NCBI GenBank assembly: GCA_963762255.1
Contig: CAVXKA010000002.1
Span: 1,248,001 to 1,312,000 of the forward strand
Source of the DNA: Candidatus Eiseniibacteriota bacterium
GTDB lineage: Bacteria > Eisenbacteria > RBG-16-71-46 > JABDJR01
Length of the DNA: 64,000 nt
Reading direction: 5' to 3'
The notes beneath the pieces are model-generated. The model was given only the letters and a program-made list of their open reading frames with translations. It searched no databases and was not told where the DNA came from. Shown piece by piece: positions 62,366 to 64,000 of the stretch. Every line of letters starts with the position of its first letter. The first letter of the stretch is position 1. The position numbers and the translations under genes are program-made.

Positions 62366-63336
62366 TCGCCGCGCTCCGCCGCGCCGTCGGGGACGTCCCC
62401 GAGAGCGCGTGGCGAGTGGAGGCGATGCCGCGCGCGGGCGAAGCGCTGGAGATGGCGCGCATCCGAGTGGACGCGCCTCTGCCGCGCGCGTGGGTGGCCA
62501 AGCGTCTCCATCCGCGATTGCTGCGCGAGCGAGCGGCGTACACGGGTCCTCTGTCCGGCACCGGGATCGCTCCGCGACTCGAAGCGCAAGTCGAGGCGAG
62601 GGACGGCACACTCTGGCTCGTCTTCGACGACGCGGGGCACGCGCTCTCGCCTTCGGACCTCTGCGCATCGCCGGATGAAGCGGCGGAATTGCTGGCGCGC
62701 GTGCACGCGATCCCGTGGCGTCCGGCGCCGCGTCCACCGTGGCCACGACCGGTGCATGTCGTACACGGACGGCGGCACTTGGCCGGCGAGTGGCGCATCG
62801 CGCTCGGGCGCGCGCAGGCGGGTGTGGTCGGCCGCGTGATCGATGCGGATCTCCTTCCTTCGCCGGAAGAGGCGTACGCGGTCTTCGAACGCACGTGGTC
62901 GGCGATGAGCGCGCGCGGCGAATCGTTCGTGCACGGGGACCTCCAGGCGGCCAACCTGGTGCGCGGTGCCGACGGAGCACTGCGCGCGATCGACTGGAGC
63001 CAGTGGGGATACGGGCCTTCGCTCCTGGACGTGGCGGGTCTGGCCGCGGACATGGACGAGCGAGGCCGCGAGCGATTCCTCGACGCGTATCTCGATGCGC
63101 GCGGCCGCGCGAGCGATCGTGGTGCGGCGACCGGCCCCGCACGGACCGGTCCCGACGAGCTTCAGCTCTGGCGCGCAGCGATGGCGCAGGCGCTCCCCTA
63201 TCGCATCTTCCTCGGCCTGGCTGTGCTCGCCGAGTACGCGCTGCGCGGAACGCGCGCCGACGCGGTGTGTGCGCGCCTTCCCGAACGCGTCGCCGCCTGG
63301 CGCGCGGCTCGCGAGGAGGCCGCGTCATGGAAGTGA
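62362..63336 (+). CDS. APH/choline-kinase-like phosphotransferase
   Basis: GTG overlaps the upstream stop; VAKR, LARVH, FVHGDLQAANLV, IDW, DVA. Confidence 0.75.
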   Translation: MIAALRRAVGDVPESAWRVEAMPRAGEALEMARIRVDAPLPRAWVAKRLHPRLLRERAAYTGPLSGTGIAPRLEAQVEARDGTLWLVFDDAGHALSPSDLCASPDEAAELLARVHAIPWRPAPRPPWPRPVHVVHGRRHLAGEWRIALGRAQAGVVGRVIDADLLPSPEEAYAVFERTWSAMSARGESFVHGDLQAANLVRGADGALRAIDWSQWGYGPSLLDVAGLAADMDERGRERFLDAYLDARGRASDRGAATGPARTGPDELQLWRAAMAQALPYRIFLGLAVLAEYALRGTRADAVCARLPERVAAWRAAREEAASWK

Positions 63337-64000
63337 CGGAACGCTCGACGCCCGCATCCGCGATCGCGATGAGCGTGCTCGTCCCGACGTTCGAGCGACC
63401 CGGCATTCTCGCGCGCTGCCTCGATCATCTCGCCGCGCAGGAGGGGACGCGGGACTTCGAAGTCATCGTGATGATCGACGGGGAGTCGGACTACTCCGAA
63501 GCGGATCTCGATCGCCGCGCCCGCGACTTCCCGGTCCCGCTCACCTGGCGCCAACGGCCGCATCGCGGACACTCGGCGGTGCTCAACGAGGCGCTCCACA
63601 TCGCCCGCGCGCCGCGCGTGCTGGTGCTCGGCGACGACATTCTCGCCTCGCCCGGGCTGGTCGCCCGCCACCTCGCGCGGCTCCGCGAACTCGACGATCC
63701 GCACGCCGCGGTGCAGGGGAAGGTCGTCTGGCACCCGGAAGTGCTCCCCGATCCGTTTCTGGAGTGGGAGGCCCGCGCGGGAGTGCTCTTTGCGTTCGGC
63801 GCGCTCCCCGAGCACGCGTTCGTGCCCGCGCGCTACCTCTACACATGCAACGTCTCCTTCGATCGCGTGTTCGTGATCGATGCGGGTGGGTTCAACGAGA
63901 CCATCCCGCGCTGGACCGACACCGAGTTCGCCTACCGCGCCGCGAAGCGCGGCATGCGTCTCTACTACGACCCCGACGCCTGGAGCTGGCATCACGACCG
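63327..64000 (+). CDS. GT2 glycosyltransferase, 3'-truncated by the window edge
   Basis: GAGGAGG SD; MEVTERS...MSVLVPTFERP...FEVIVMIDGESD...LGDDI...TCNVSF...GGFNE...DTEFAYR; frame is open to the end. Confidence 0.85.
   Translation, partial: MEVTERSTPASAIAMSVLVPTFERPGILARCLDHLAAQEGTRDFEVIVMIDGESDYSEADLDRRARDFPVPLTWRQRPHRGHSAVLNEALHIARAPRVLVLGDDILASPGLVARHLARLRELDDPHAAVQGKVVWHPEVLPDPFLEWEARAGVLFAFGALPEHAFVPARYLYTCNVSFDRVFVIDAGGFNETIPRWTDTEFAYRAAKRGMRLYYDPDAWSWHHD

Overview
High-GC bacterial chromosome segment. The FlgD/T9SS-like C-terminal domain and a C-terminal TWGxIK motif point to an FCB-superphylum lineage such as Ca. Eisenbacteria or Krumholzibacteriota; this is an inference. The centre (17.0-50.8 kb, minus strand) is an uninterrupted translation/transcription superoperon: tRNA-Thr/Tyr/Gly/Thr, tufB, rpmG, tRNA-Trp, secE, nusG, rplKAJL, rpoBC, rpsLG, fusA, tufA, then the S10, spc and alpha clusters. 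It lacks adk and infA at their usual positions, and rpoB/rpoC carry four single-base insertions that are probably sequencing errors. The left flank holds a poly-gamma-glutamate-system gene coupled to a secreted hydrolase-like protein, peptide transporters, an AmgK-RapZ(C) fusion plus MurU-like gene, an ArsR-DUF2087 regulator with a tandem operator, an AGCS symporter, and a decayed ~4.1-kb islet at tRNA-Asn. The right flank holds two MFS transporters, a methyltransferase, cysS and a surface-glycan locus (GT4, paired GT2s, Wzx, radical SAM/SPASM, kinase, GT2). Best leads: (1) an apparently circularly permuted L10-leader RNA motif relocated between rplJ and rplL, next to the rplL SD; (2) two gaplessly homologous sigma54 promoter modules and two recombinase C-terminal stubs in the tRNA-Asn islet; (3) the PGA-linked secreted Zn-hydrolase-like protein; (4) the radical-SAM/kinase/pseudo-GT2 glycan locus. 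All calls come from reading the sequence by eye; no searches were run.
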